Assembly: GCA_002937775.1 (NCBI GenBank)
Contig: PTKO01000002.1
Coordinates: 1 to 60,130, forward strand
Source of the DNA: Alphaproteobacteria bacterium MarineAlpha6_Bin4
GTDB taxonomy: Bacteria; Pseudomonadota; Alphaproteobacteria; GCA-002720895
Reading direction: 5' to 3'
DNA: 60,130 nucleotides
Part shown: in pieces, positions 11,023-20,981 of the stretch
Layout of the letters: every line of letters starts with the position of its first letter
How positions within the stretch are numbered: position 1 is the stretch's first letter
The notes under the pieces: generated by a model
The model's database searches: none
What the model saw: the letters and a program-made list of their open reading frames with translations, nothing else
Told to the model about the DNA's origin: nothing
Made by a program: the position numbers and the translations under genes

Positions 11023-12366
11023 TTAAATTAAAGGAGTTGCCTCTAAACTTTTATAAAAACTTTTTTTTATTTTTATGTTTTTAATTTTTCCCAGTATGTC
11101 TATTTTATTTTTAACCCTTACTAATTGCATATACTGAGAGTATCCCATTGATTGGATTTTTTTCTCATTTGATGTATTACTAAAAAGAACATTCAAAGAT
11201 TTTTTTACAAAATTTTTATTAAAATCTTCTTGATAAGATTTTAACTTATTTTGCAAAATACTAAGTCTTTCTTTTTTTTCTTCTTGTTTAATAGTATCTT
11301 TTAAATTATATGCTGTTGTGCCTGGTCTTGGACTATATATAAATGAAAAGGATTGAACAAACTTTACCTTATCAATTAAATTAAGAGTTTTTTTAAAATC
11401 ATCTTTTGTTTCGCCAGGATATCCTATTATAAAATCCGATGAAAAAACTATATCTTCTCTACATTTTTTTATTCTATTAATTATTTTTAAATACTCTTCT
11501 ACTGTATAATTTCTATTCATTGCTTTTAAAATTTTATTTGAACCAGATTGTATTGGTAAATGTAAAAAAGGCATTAGTTTTTTTACATTTTTATGTGCTT
11601 TAAATAAATCTTCATGCATATCTTTTGGATGTGCAGTCATGTATCTTATTCTTTTTAAATTTTTTATTTTTGCTAAAAAATAAATTAATTTACCTAAATT
11701 AAACTCTTTTTTATTGGGACCTACTCCATGATATGCATTAACATTTTGGCCAAGTAGAATTATTTCTTTTGTACCATTTTTGGTTAATATTTTAGCCTCA
11801 TTAATAATCTCTTCTACTGGTCTGGAATACTCCGGCCCCCTTGTATAAGGAACTACACAAAACTTACAAAATTTATTACATCCTTCCTGAATTGTTAAAT
11901 AACTAGAAATTTCCTTTTGAATATTTTCTTTTGGCAAATTATCAAATTTAGATTTAGGTGCAAAATCAAGCTCTATACTTAATTTTTTTTTAAGTTTTAA
12001 ATTAATATTTTTAATTAACGAAGGTAATTTATGGTATGCCTGACTCCCGACAACTATATCTACAAATGGAGCTCTTTTAAAGATTTCTTTGCCTTCAGCC
12101 TGTGCAACGCATCCTGCAACAACACAAATTGTGCTAAGATTATTTTTTAATCTATTTTTTTTTATTTTATAAATTTTACCTAATTCAGAATAGAGTTTTT
12201 GCTTTGCTTTTTCTCTTATATGGCAAGTATTAATTAAAAAAATATCAGAATCTCGGTCGATAGATGTTTTTTTATATCCTAACTTATACAAAATTTCACA
12301 TATTTTTTGGCTGTCATAAACATTCATTTGGCAACCAAAAGTTTTTATTTTAAATTTTTTTAACAT
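11023..12366 (-). CDS. miaB: tRNA-i6A37 methylthiotransferase
   Basis: Radical-SAM CNKFCKFC (CxxxCxxC). N-terminal MTTase domain (KTFGCQMN) and a TRAM-like C-terminus. Confidence 0.93.
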   Translation of the reverse strand: MLKKFKIKTFGCQMNVYDSQKICEILYKLGYKKTSIDRDSDIFLINTCHIREKAKQKLYSELGKIYKIKKNRLKNNLSTICVVAGCVAQAEGKEIFKRAPFVDIVVGSQAYHKLPSLIKNINLKLKKKLSIELDFAPKSKFDNLPKENIQKEISSYLTIQEGCNKFCKFCVVPYTRGPEYSRPVEEIINEAKILTKNGTKEIILLGQNVNAYHGVGPNKKEFNLGKLIYFLAKIKNLKRIRYMTAHPKDMHEDLFKAHKNVKKLMPFLHLPIQSGSNKILKAMNRNYTVEEYLKIINRIKKCREDIVFSSDFIIGYPGETKDDFKKTLNLIDKVKFVQSFSFIYSPRPGTTAYNLKDTIKQEEKKERLSILQNKLKSYQEDFNKNFVKKSLNVLFSNTSNEKKIQSMGYSQYMQLVRVKNKIDILGKIKNIKIKKSFYKSLEATPLI

Positions 12367-12388
12367 AAAGGCTTATTAAATAAAATAT

Positions 12389-13153
12389 TTATTTTCTATT
12401 CAAACTATTTATTAAATTATTATTTATTCTATTCCAACAATATCTAGCTATTTTTTTTCTATTATTATTTTTGTTAGGTAAAAATTCATCATTAAAAATA
12501 ACGTCAACTTCTATACTAAATTTTTTTAAAACATCAAAAATATTTGTAATCAAATTCATATCAGAATGCCATGTTATTTTTTTTCTATCATTAAAACTCA
12601 TAGTCTTCCCATTTATTTTTTTATAAACTATAGTTATAGTTTGTAAAAAAATTTTTGTGCCTTTATTTTCTTCAAAAATATTAAATAACGAACTTTTGAA
12701 TGGTAAAACTTTATTTCCATCACTACTAGTGCCTTCTGGAAAAATTATTAAATTTTTTTTTTCTTGAAGATGTTTTATAATTTTATTTTTTTGCATAGTT
12801 AAAGATGATATTTTTCTATCAATAAAAATTGTGTTTTGTAATTTTGCCAATATTCCTAGTAATGGCCAGCTAGAGACTTCCTTTTTTGCAACAAATGATG
12901 TTTTAATTAGACTCCCTAAAATTAAAATGTCCAGATAGCTAGCATGATTGCATACTAAAAGTTTAGGAAAATTTTTTGGAACTTTGCCGTAAGTATTTAT
13001 TTTAATTCCAAAAATTACACTACATATTTTGTGAAAAAAATAAGGTATTAGATAGCTAAATTTTTTAATAAATATAAAAATTATTAATTGGAAAGGAAAA
13101 AGAACCAAAGTAAGTGCTAAAAAAATTATTAGTCTTATAAATATTAAAATCAC
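12389..13153 (-). CDS. PlsC-family lysolipid acyltransferase (OlsA candidate)
   Basis: NHASYLD (HxxxxD) and FPEGTSSDG acyltransferase motifs. Lies 7 nt downstream of the OlsB-like gene. GTG start at 13151-13153. Confidence 0.6.
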   Translation of the reverse strand: MILIFIRLIIFLALTLVLFPFQLIIFIFIKKFSYLIPYFFHKICSVIFGIKINTYGKVPKNFPKLLVCNHASYLDILILGSLIKTSFVAKKEVSSWPLLGILAKLQNTIFIDRKISSLTMQKNKIIKHLQEKKNLIIFPEGTSSDGNKVLPFKSSLFNIFEENKGTKIFLQTITIVYKKINGKTMSFNDRKKITWHSDMNLITNIFDVLKKFSIEVDVIFNDEFLPNKNNNRKKIARYCWNRINNNLINSLNRK

Positions 13154-13160
13154 TATTAAT

Positions 13161-14105
13161 CTATTTTTTTTTTAGAAATTTTTTTAAAAAAATTATTTTT
13201 GAATCTTTTTTCTTAATTTTATGTAAGTTTGCATATCTTTCTTTTAACGCATTAGATTTTAAAACTATACAAATATCTATTGTATTAAATTGTTTATCTA
13301 TGAACGCTCCATTGCTAACTTTGGCTCCTATTCTTAAATAACCTTTTAGTAATGGAGGTAAGGTTTTAAAAATTTTATAAACATCCAAGTCTTTTTTTTG
13401 GCAATAATTTAAATTAATATTATTTGGTGGCAACGCAGTAGGTAAAATTGTTTTTTCTGCCAAATGATAATGATAAAGATATGATAATTGTTGCTTATAT
13501 TTTTTATAATTTGTCCCTGGAAAACTAGCACAACCAAATAAAACTTTAATTTTATAATGTTCCATATACGCAGAAATTGCTTTCCAAAGCAATTTTATAA
13601 TTGGTTTATCTCTATAATTTTTATGAACACAAGATCTGCCTAATTCTAAAATCTCTCCTTTTGATTTTAAAACTTTGTTAATATTAAATTCTCCTTCCGT
13701 GTAAAATTTACCATGAACCTGGGTCATAGATCTTCTTATTAGTCTATATGTTCCAACTATTGATTCACGAGAAGGTTTTTTGTTGTGATCGATTACTAGT
13801 AAATGATCACAAAAAGGGTCTAATTCATCAAAATCTTTCTCATATAAAATATTTTTTATTGTTGGTTTTGCTTTTAATTCTTCATAAAAAACTCTATACC
13901 TTAAATTTTGTGCAGCATCAATATCTCTAAAATTTTTTGCTAGGCGTACTTCAAAATTTTTAAATCTAGCTGATTTTAATTTTTTTTTAATTCTTCTTCT
14001 GTCTAGAATATATGAATTTTCTATTAAATTTTTTATTGAACTAACCGGTTTAATAAACCAATCTTTTTTATTTGTAATTTTTTTTTTTGAAGGGCCCAGA
14101 CACAT
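13161..14105 (-). CDS. olsB: GNAT-type N-acyltransferase resembling ornithine-lipid synthase OlsB
   Basis: VGTYRLIRR, ELGRSCVHKNYR and PPLLKGYLRIGAKV segments, as in OlsB / hemolysin-like acyltransferases. Paired with a PlsC-type gene. Confidence 0.6.
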   Translation of the reverse strand: MCLGPSKKKITNKKDWFIKPVSSIKNLIENSYILDRRRIKKKLKSARFKNFEVRLAKNFRDIDAAQNLRYRVFYEELKAKPTIKNILYEKDFDELDPFCDHLLVIDHNKKPSRESIVGTYRLIRRSMTQVHGKFYTEGEFNINKVLKSKGEILELGRSCVHKNYRDKPIIKLLWKAISAYMEHYKIKVLFGCASFPGTNYKKYKQQLSYLYHYHLAEKTILPTALPPNNINLNYCQKKDLDVYKIFKTLPPLLKGYLRIGAKVSNGAFIDKQFNTIDICIVLKSNALKERYANLHKIKKKDSKIIFLKKFLKKK

Positions 14106-14167
14106 TCGTCTTTTTTTTGCCTGATTATATTTATGTCTTAATATAATTTTTTTATCCCAACTAATTT

Positions 14168-14611
14168 TTATTTTATTTTTTTACATGCTTCTTCTAGAGC
14201 AAAAAGTTCTAATTTATATCCCACCATTTTATGTCCTTTTTTTTTACAAATTTGGTGTGCTAATTTTTCAAACCCAGGGTTTTGGAATTCAGTTACCTTA
14301 CCTGTAATCACATTAATTAAATGATTGTGTTCCCATTGGGAAGCAGCTTCATATCTAGCTTTTTCATCACCAATCTTAAAATCATGTTTTATAATAGCAT
14401 TTGCTTCTTCAAATAACTTTACAGCTCTATAAACTGTAGCAAGGCTTATTTTTTTATTTTTTTTGTAAGCTCTTTCATAAATCTTATCAACATCAGGATG
14501 ATCTTTAGATTTATTTATAACATCAGCAATTATTTCTCTTTGCTGTGTCATTTTTACGCCATTTTTTTTGCATATTTCTAATACATCTAAATGTTTAATT
14601 ACTTTTTCCAT
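14168..14611 (-). CDS. fur: Fur-family metalloregulator
   Basis: Winged-helix region (LATVYRAVKLFEEANAI) and H-rich metal site (WEHNHLIN). The track start 14617 is a TTG; the first ATG is at 14609-14611. Confidence 0.85.
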   Translation of the reverse strand: MEKVIKHLDVLEICKKNGVKMTQQREIIADVINKSKDHPDVDKIYERAYKKNKKISLATVYRAVKLFEEANAIIKHDFKIGDEKARYEAASQWEHNHLINVITGKVTEFQNPGFEKLAHQICKKKGHKMVGYKLELFALEEACKKIK

Positions 14612-14655
14612 AACCAATATTTATATTAATAGTTAATTGTTAAATTAAAATAAAA

Positions 14656-15303
14656 TTAATTTTTTTTAGCATAATGTTCATATACATATATAGGATCTAA
14701 AGATTTAGTTACTTTTATTTTTTTTTTTCTAAATAAATTAATTATTAATTCAGAATTATAAAATTTATTTTTATGCAAATATAATTTTTTTTTTCTTAGT
14801 TCTTTAATTAATTTAATATTTAAATTTCCGCAAAAAATTAAATTTTTGTTAAAAAAATATTTAGGCAAATTACTTATTGGAAAAGATGATACCTTTTTTA
14901 AGGGCTGTCTATTTGAATTAAATGATTGAAAATAAAAATCCTCTTTTTTACTTTTAATTAAAACAACTATTTTTCTCCCGTTAATATTATCATTTATAGA
15001 ATGAGCTAAAACGTTCATATTGTTATATCCAGAAATTTTTATTTTATATGGGATACCTAAACCCTTAGCAGCAGCAATCCCTAATCTTATTCCAGTAAAA
15101 GAACCGGGACCTAATGATACTAAAATATGATTTATTTTTTTCACATCTAGCTGGCTTTTAAACAATGATTCTTTTATTAATGGTATTAAGAATTTAGAAT
15201 ATGTTTTATTTAAAATTTTTGATAAATTCAAAACAATTTTATTATTTTTTAATATAGATAAGGAAAATTTATCTGTACTTGTATCAAATGCTAATATATT
15301 CAT
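14656..15303 (-). CDS. tsaB: tRNA t6A modification protein TsaB (YeaZ)
   Basis: N-terminal ILAFDTST and GPGSFTGIRLGIAAAKG, typical of TsaB. Confidence 0.8.
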   Translation of the reverse strand: MNILAFDTSTDKFSLSILKNNKIVLNLSKILNKTYSKFLIPLIKESLFKSQLDVKKINHILVSLGPGSFTGIRLGIAAAKGLGIPYKIKISGYNNMNVLAHSINDNINGRKIVVLIKSKKEDFYFQSFNSNRQPLKKVSSFPISNLPKYFFNKNLIFCGNLNIKLIKELRKKKLYLHKNKFYNSELIINLFRKKKIKVTKSLDPIYVYEHYAKKN

Positions 15304-15337
15304 TCTTATATTATTTTAAATTTCTTATTAAAAAATT

Positions 15338-15889
15338 ATGAGTTTAATAAAAATAACCAAAAAAAAATACCCCGTAGAAATAGATTTATTATACGCTACT
15401 AAAAAAAATTTTACTGGTAAACAGATTTATAAAAGAAAAGATTGCTATTTGAATAAAGCGGCATTACCTATTTTTGAAAAAAGTGTAGAATTAGCATTAA
15501 AATTAGATTTAAAACTAAAAATATATGACGCTTTTAGACCAACTGAGGCTCAATGGAAATTATGGGAACATACACCTGATGAAAATTTTATTGCAAATCC
15601 TAAAAAAGGATCTCCACATTCAAGAGGGGTGGCTATCGATTTAACTTTAATTAATAAAAAAAATCGTGAATTGAATATGGGTACTAAGTTTGATGATTTT
15701 TCTTCAAAATCATTTCATGGAAGCAATAAGATACCCAGAAAAGCACAAAAAAATAGATATATTTTGCTTGGAATAATGTTATCCGCAGGATGGGATTTTT
15801 ATAAAAATGAATGGTGGCATTATCAATTATTTGATTCTAAAAGATATAAATTAATTAAAAATAATATGTTAACAAAACCAATAATGTAA
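15338..15889 (+). CDS. ddpX: D-alanyl-D-alanine dipeptidase (VanX/DdpX family)
   Basis: SPHSRGVAIDLTL zinc-ligand segment and the C-terminal EWWHY motif of VanX-type dipeptidases. No signal peptide. Confidence 0.8.
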   Translation: MSLIKITKKKYPVEIDLLYATKKNFTGKQIYKRKDCYLNKAALPIFEKSVELALKLDLKLKIYDAFRPTEAQWKLWEHTPDENFIANPKKGSPHSRGVAIDLTLINKKNRELNMGTKFDDFSSKSFHGSNKIPRKAQKNRYILLGIMLSAGWDFYKNEWWHYQLFDSKRYKLIKNNMLTKPIM

Positions 15890-15890
15890 A

Positions 15891-16898
15891 ATGAATGATT
15901 TTAAGAAATTAAGTTTAGCTTTAATAATTTTTTTATTAATTATTTTTAATACAATTGAAGCCAAAGAAAATTCGGCTGCTGTTTTTGTTTATCATAGATT
16001 TGGAGAAAATAATTACCCATCAACTAATGTAAAGCTATCTCAATTTAAGAAGCATCTAAATGAATTAACTAAAAATGATTATAATGTGATCCCTGTAGAA
16101 AAGATTGTTGATTCTTTTATAAATAATACTGATTTACCTGAAAAAACAGTTGGAATAACAATTGATGATGCGTTTTTAAGTATATATAAAGAGGCTTGGC
16201 CCCTGCTTAAAGAAAAAAAATTACCTTTTACAATTTTTGTTTCAACAAAACCCGTAGGATCTAAATCTTCAAATTATATGAATTGGTCACAAATAAAAGA
16301 AATGGTAAATTCTGGCGTGTCAATAGGCCACCATTCAAAAAGCCATCATCATCTTGTTAGTAAAAATCAAGAAACTCTAGTTGAAGAAATAGAAGACGCA
16401 AGTAAAGACTTTTTAGAAAACATTGGTTTTGTTCCAGAAATTTTTGCATATCCTTATGGAGAATATAGCTATGAAATAAAACAAACTGTAAAAAAATATT
16501 TTAAAGCCGCTTTTGGCCAACATTCTGGTAGTTTCTTTAATGGTATTGATATTTATGAAATGCCAAGATTCTCTCTTAATGAAAAATATGGTGATATAAA
16601 ACGGTTTAAATTTGCTGCTAATTCTTATGGTTTAAAAATAAATAATATTTTACCTAAAGATAGGGCAATAAAAGATTTAAATCCTCCATTGTTAGGATTT
16701 ACATTGATAGATAGTTTAGAAAGTAAAATACAATGCTACCCTTCGCACAACATAAAAGCAGAATTAAAAAAGATAGGAAAAAATAGAATTGAAATTCGTT
16801 TTGATAAAGAATTTCCTAAAGGCAGAACAAGAATTAATTGCACAACTAATGATAATGGAAAATGGAGATGGACTGGATTTCAATTTACCAATCCCTAA
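15891..16898 (+). CDS. Secreted polysaccharide deacetylase (NodB homology domain)
   Basis: Signal peptide. ITIDDAF (TFDD-like) and HSKSHHHL (HxxxH) motifs. 1-nt gap after ddpX. Confidence 0.75.
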   Translation: MNDFKKLSLALIIFLLIIFNTIEAKENSAAVFVYHRFGENNYPSTNVKLSQFKKHLNELTKNDYNVIPVEKIVDSFINNTDLPEKTVGITIDDAFLSIYKEAWPLLKEKKLPFTIFVSTKPVGSKSSNYMNWSQIKEMVNSGVSIGHHSKSHHHLVSKNQETLVEEIEDASKDFLENIGFVPEIFAYPYGEYSYEIKQTVKKYFKAAFGQHSGSFFNGIDIYEMPRFSLNEKYGDIKRFKFAANSYGLKINNILPKDRAIKDLNPPLLGFTLIDSLESKIQCYPSHNIKAELKKIGKNRIEIRFDKEFPKGRTRINCTTNDNGKWRWTGFQFTNP

Positions 16899-17803
16899 CG
16901 TTTAGCAGTTTTATAACTAATATAATCGAATTTTTTTAAATTATTTTTTTCAATAATTTTTTTTATACTTTCAACATATTCTGTTCCTAATTCTGAATAT
17001 TTATTTAATTCATTAGCAAGAATTTCTCCTTGGAGTGTTTTTCCAAATGATCTTAATTCGGTTCTAGACTTTCTAAAACTTTTATATGCATAGTGGGTGT
17101 TCAAATTATTCAAATAAGCTTTAACTGAATGATTAATATTTTCGAAAGCTCTAACTTTAATTAAAGGATTAGTGTTTTCATAAGGTTCTATACCATTTAC
17201 TTTTTTTCCAATAACTTTTTGTCCAAAATATGCATTTCCTTCAATTGCAAATCTAGATGTTCCCCAACCACTTTCAATGGCTGCCTGCGCAAGCACGAGT
17301 GAAATTGGAACGATATCAATTCTTTTTTTTAGTTCTGATAAGTCATTATTTTTAACTTTATACTCTTTAAACATTTTTTTAAGAATTGATGCTTCCAAAA
17401 CATTTAAATTGTTGTTTTGTATTTTTTTTTCAATTTTAAAGAAAAGTTCTCTTTTTTCTAAAATATCATTATTAGCACTTTGGGCAACTGGAAGTAAATT
17501 AGAAATAAATTGTTGTTTTCTTTTATGTATCGGAAGTTTTTTTAAATCTTTATTTTTATTTTTTTTTGAAACCAAACTTATTTCACGTTCTGAGAATTGG
17601 CCTTGGGTTTCATCAAATCTTGTATTTGTAATTTGGGGATTATTCTTTCCCTCATACTTATTTGCAAGTTTTTCAACAAAAAAGTTTAATACGATAAATG
17701 CAGAACAAAATCCTATAATATACTTATAGGAATTATGTTTATTTTTTTTAACCTTTTTCTTACTCATTGTACTATATATAGTAGACATAAAATAAGATAC
17801 CAC
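16895..17803 (-). CDS. Membrane-anchored N-acetylglucosaminidase-domain protein (Bax/FlgJ-like)
   Basis: LAQAAIESGWGTSRFA...NAYFGQK glucosaminidase motif and an N-terminal TM segment. The track start is GTG; ATG alternatives are at 17788 and 17767. Confidence 0.75.
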   Translation of the reverse strand: MVSYFMSTIYSTMSKKKVKKNKHNSYKYIIGFCSAFIVLNFFVEKLANKYEGKNNPQITNTRFDETQGQFSEREISLVSKKNKNKDLKKLPIHKRKQQFISNLLPVAQSANNDILEKRELFFKIEKKIQNNNLNVLEASILKKMFKEYKVKNNDLSELKKRIDIVPISLVLAQAAIESGWGTSRFAIEGNAYFGQKVIGKKVNGIEPYENTNPLIKVRAFENINHSVKAYLNNLNTHYAYKSFRKSRTELRSFGKTLQGEILANELNKYSELGTEYVESIKKIIEKNNLKKFDYISYKTAKR

Positions 17804-17845
17804 AATTATTTGTTAATTTCAATAAAAACTAGTAAAAATAAGCAA

Positions 17846-18400
17846 TTAATCAATTGCTCTTACTTCTATTACTTCATCAAAATAGTGCTTTAGTAAATTT
17901 TCTATTCCTTGTTTTAAGGTTGCAGTTGAACTTGGACATCCGACACAAGCACCTTTTAATGTCAAATAAACTATTCCTTTATCGAAATTTTTAAAAACTA
18001 TATCGCCACCATCCTGGGCAACTGCTGGTCTAACTTTTTCATTTATTACTTTTTCAATTTTCTGTTCAATTACGGTTTTAGTTTTTTTTCTATTTTCTTT
18101 TTTTTCTAAAACACTTTTTTCAACTAATACTTTGTTAGAAGATATATAGTCTAACAAAAAAGTTAATATTTTTGTTTTAAGTAAATTCCATCTAGCATTT
18201 TTTTCTTTTGTAACTGCAACAAAATTACTTCCAATAAAAAAACTATTTATTCCTTTTATTTGATAAAAACTTTCAGAAAATTTATATTTTTTTGCTTCTT
18301 TTTCATTTTTAAACTCTAAATTACTATTTTTAATAAATTCTTTTCCAACAACAAATTTTAAAGTTTCTGGATTTGGGGTTAATTCTGTTTCTATATTCAT
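17846..18400 (-). CDS. NifU/Nfu-type Fe-S cluster scaffold protein
   Basis: Nfu_N-like N-terminus (ELTPNPETLKF) and C-terminal NifU domain with CVGCPSS. Confidence 0.8.
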   Translation of the reverse strand: MNIETELTPNPETLKFVVGKEFIKNSNLEFKNEKEAKKYKFSESFYQIKGINSFFIGSNFVAVTKEKNARWNLLKTKILTFLLDYISSNKVLVEKSVLEKKENRKKTKTVIEQKIEKVINEKVRPAVAQDGGDIVFKNFDKGIVYLTLKGACVGCPSSTATLKQGIENLLKHYFDEVIEVRAID

Positions 18401-18423
18401 AATTCAGATATAATATATTTAAA

Positions 18424-19422
18424 CTAAATAATCAATAAGCCAATAATTTTTTTTATTTCTGATAAATTTTTTGACGAAATTTCATCAGCTTTTTCCTTAC
18501 CTTTATTTAATATTTTTTTTAGATAATCTTTATTATTTAAATAATCATTCATTTTTTTTGATATTGGTTCAATTTTACTAATAGTTAAATCTGTTAATAT
18601 TTTTTTAAAACTAGAAAAATCTTTACCTCCTACTTCTTTTAAGACTTTATCAAGTTTTTCATTTTTGAAAGCTCCATAAATTTCCAATAAATTAGCAGCC
18701 TCTGGCCTATCCTTAAGATCCTCTTTTTTTGATGGCAGAGGATATGCATCAGTTTTAGCTTTTTTAATTTTTAAATTAATCAAATCCTTATTATCGGTAA
18801 TATTTATTCTAGAATAATCTGAATCATCAGATTTACTCATTTTATTTTTACCATTCCTTAAACTCATAATTCTTTTTGCTTCTTCAAAAATTTGTGGTTC
18901 AGGCAATGGAAAAAAATCATTATTATATGTTTGATTAAATGCTCCGGCTATATCCCTTGCAAGTTCTAAATGTTGCTTTTGATCCTCCCCTACAGGAACA
19001 TGTGTAGCTTTATATGCTAAAATATCAGAAGCCATCAATACTGGATAACTAAAAAGACCTAAAACTGCATTTTCTCTTTTCTTTCCAGCTTTTTCTTTGA
19101 ACTGGGTCATTCTATTAAGCCAACCAATAGGTGTAAAACAACTTAGCATCCATGTTAACTCTGCATGAGCTGAAACTGAGCTTTGATTAAAAATTATAGT
19201 TTTTTCAGGGTCAATTCCAGAAGCTAGATATGCAGCAGTTACCTCTAAAGTATTTTTTTCCAACTCTTTTGGATTTTGTTTTATTGTTATTGCATGTAGA
19301 TCAACAATACAAAAAATACATTCAAAACTTTTTTGTAAAGAAACCCAATTTTTTATTGCACCCAAGTAATTACCTAAATGCAAATTGCCTGTTGGTTGGA
19401 CTCCTGAAAATATTCTATTCAT
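18424..19422 (-). CDS. trpS: Tryptophanyl-tRNA synthetase
   Basis: Class I motifs (PTGNLHLGNYLGA; KMSKS). 332 aa. Confidence 0.95.
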   Translation of the reverse strand: MNRIFSGVQPTGNLHLGNYLGAIKNWVSLQKSFECIFCIVDLHAITIKQNPKELEKNTLEVTAAYLASGIDPEKTIIFNQSSVSAHAELTWMLSCFTPIGWLNRMTQFKEKAGKKRENAVLGLFSYPVLMASDILAYKATHVPVGEDQKQHLELARDIAGAFNQTYNNDFFPLPEPQIFEEAKRIMSLRNGKNKMSKSDDSDYSRINITDNKDLINLKIKKAKTDAYPLPSKKEDLKDRPEAANLLEIYGAFKNEKLDKVLKEVGGKDFSSFKKILTDLTISKIEPISKKMNDYLNNKDYLKKILNKGKEKADEISSKNLSEIKKIIGLLII

Positions 19423-19436
19423 TTTATAAGTATTAA

Positions 19437-20966
19437 TTATTTTAACTTAAATAATCTAAATTTTGGAAAAATAAAAATTTTAAAAAAATTTAATAATAAA
19501 ATATATATAAAAAAACTTAAAAAAACAAAAATAGATAAATTTAAGAACTTATATATTGAAAAAATATTAATATATTTCATAGAATAAAAAATTAATAAAC
19601 CAAAAAATATATTAATTAAAATCAGTTTTTTAAATTTTTCTTTAATAACTTTATCAAAAACAATCTCTCGGTTTCTTAATAATAGGTAAAGAAGTAATAA
19701 ACAATTTACCCATGATGCTATAGCAGTAGCAATTGCAATTCCTACGTGCTGATAAAAATACATTAAAATAATGTTAAGAAAAAAATTAATAAATACACAA
19801 AAAATCGCAATTTTTACTGGTGTCACAGTATTTTGTCTTGCAAAAAAAATTGGTGTCAAAATCTTAACTAATACATAAGCTGGAATCCCAATTGCAAAAG
19901 CCTGTAAAGCTTTTGCTGAAAGTATTCTATCATTTAAATTAAATTCCCCTCTTTCAAAAAAGGCGCTAATAATTGGCTCTGCTAATATGAATATTGCTAT
20001 GGTAGATGGAATTGCTAAAAAAAGAGAAAATTCAATTGCTCTATTTTGCGTAAATAAAGCTTCGTTCTTTTTATTTTTGCTTATTTGTTTTGATAAAGTT
20101 GGTAAAAGAGCAGTGCCTAATGCTACACCTATTAATGCTATTGGTAATTGATTTATACGTTCTGCATAATATAAATATGAAATTGAACCAGTCTTAAGAA
20201 AAGAAGCAAGAATAACATCTATTAATAAATTTATTTGAATGACTCCAGCGCCAATTGCTCCAGGAATAATTAATTTAAATAATTTTTTTATATAACTGGA
20301 ATATTTAGGTTTAATAAAAAAAATTTTTAAATCGTTTTTATATATTACAAATATTAAAAAAATTAATTGAAATAACCCTGCAAAGAAAACAGCCCAAGAT
20401 AACATGTGGCCTTTTGTTTTAAAAAATTCTTCAAAACATAATATAAATATTATAAAAGTTAAATTTAAAAGTATTGGTGCAGCGGAACCAGCTGCAAATT
20501 TGTTAAATGAATTTAGTATCCCAGTAAATAAAGAAACTAAAGAAATAAAAAAAAGGTACGGAAAAGTTATTCGAGATAATTCTATTAACAAGTTTAATTT
20601 TTCTGGGTCTTGAGCAAAACCAGGAGCTAGAAAATATACTACTAGTGGCATTAGCAGCTCAAAAATTATAACTACTACAAAAAGAATAAAAAAAAGTAAT
20701 GATAAAACTTCTGAACCAAACTCCATTGCTTTTGCTTTTCCTTTTGTTTTTAAAATTGAAGAGAAAATTGGTATAAATGCAGCAGAAAATGCTCCTTCAG
20801 CAAATAATCTTCTAAAAAAATTTGGAAGTTTAAAAGCAACAAAAAAAACATCTGCAATAATTCCTGCTCCAGCAATAGCTGCTATTAAAACATCTCGTAT
20901 AAAACCTAAAATTTTACTTAAAAATGTAAAACTACTTATTGCTATAAAGGGTTTTATTAATTTCAT
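19437..20966 (-). CDS. murJ: Lipid II flippase MurJ (MviN)
   Basis: 509 aa polytopic protein with FLSKILGFIRDVLIA and RRLFAEGAFSAAFIPIF, typical of MurJ. Lies downstream of glnD as in other alphaproteobacteria. Confidence 0.9.
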   Translation of the reverse strand: MKLIKPFIAISSFTFLSKILGFIRDVLIAAIAGAGIIADVFFVAFKLPNFFRRLFAEGAFSAAFIPIFSSILKTKGKAKAMEFGSEVLSLLFFILFVVVIIFELLMPLVVYFLAPGFAQDPEKLNLLIELSRITFPYLFFISLVSLFTGILNSFNKFAAGSAAPILLNLTFIIFILCFEEFFKTKGHMLSWAVFFAGLFQLIFLIFVIYKNDLKIFFIKPKYSSYIKKLFKLIIPGAIGAGVIQINLLIDVILASFLKTGSISYLYYAERINQLPIALIGVALGTALLPTLSKQISKNKKNEALFTQNRAIEFSLFLAIPSTIAIFILAEPIISAFFERGEFNLNDRILSAKALQAFAIGIPAYVLVKILTPIFFARQNTVTPVKIAIFCVFINFFLNIILMYFYQHVGIAIATAIASWVNCLLLLYLLLRNREIVFDKVIKEKFKKLILINIFFGLLIFYSMKYINIFSIYKFLNLSIFVFLSFFIYILLLNFFKIFIFPKFRLFKLK

Positions 20967-20981
20967 TAAATTTTATGAAAA

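Noticed and set aside
14612-14655. Possible Fur box upstream of fur.
   Set aside because: The spacer is almost pure A/T. Any resemblance to GATAATGATAATCATTATC is not distinguishable from background by eye.
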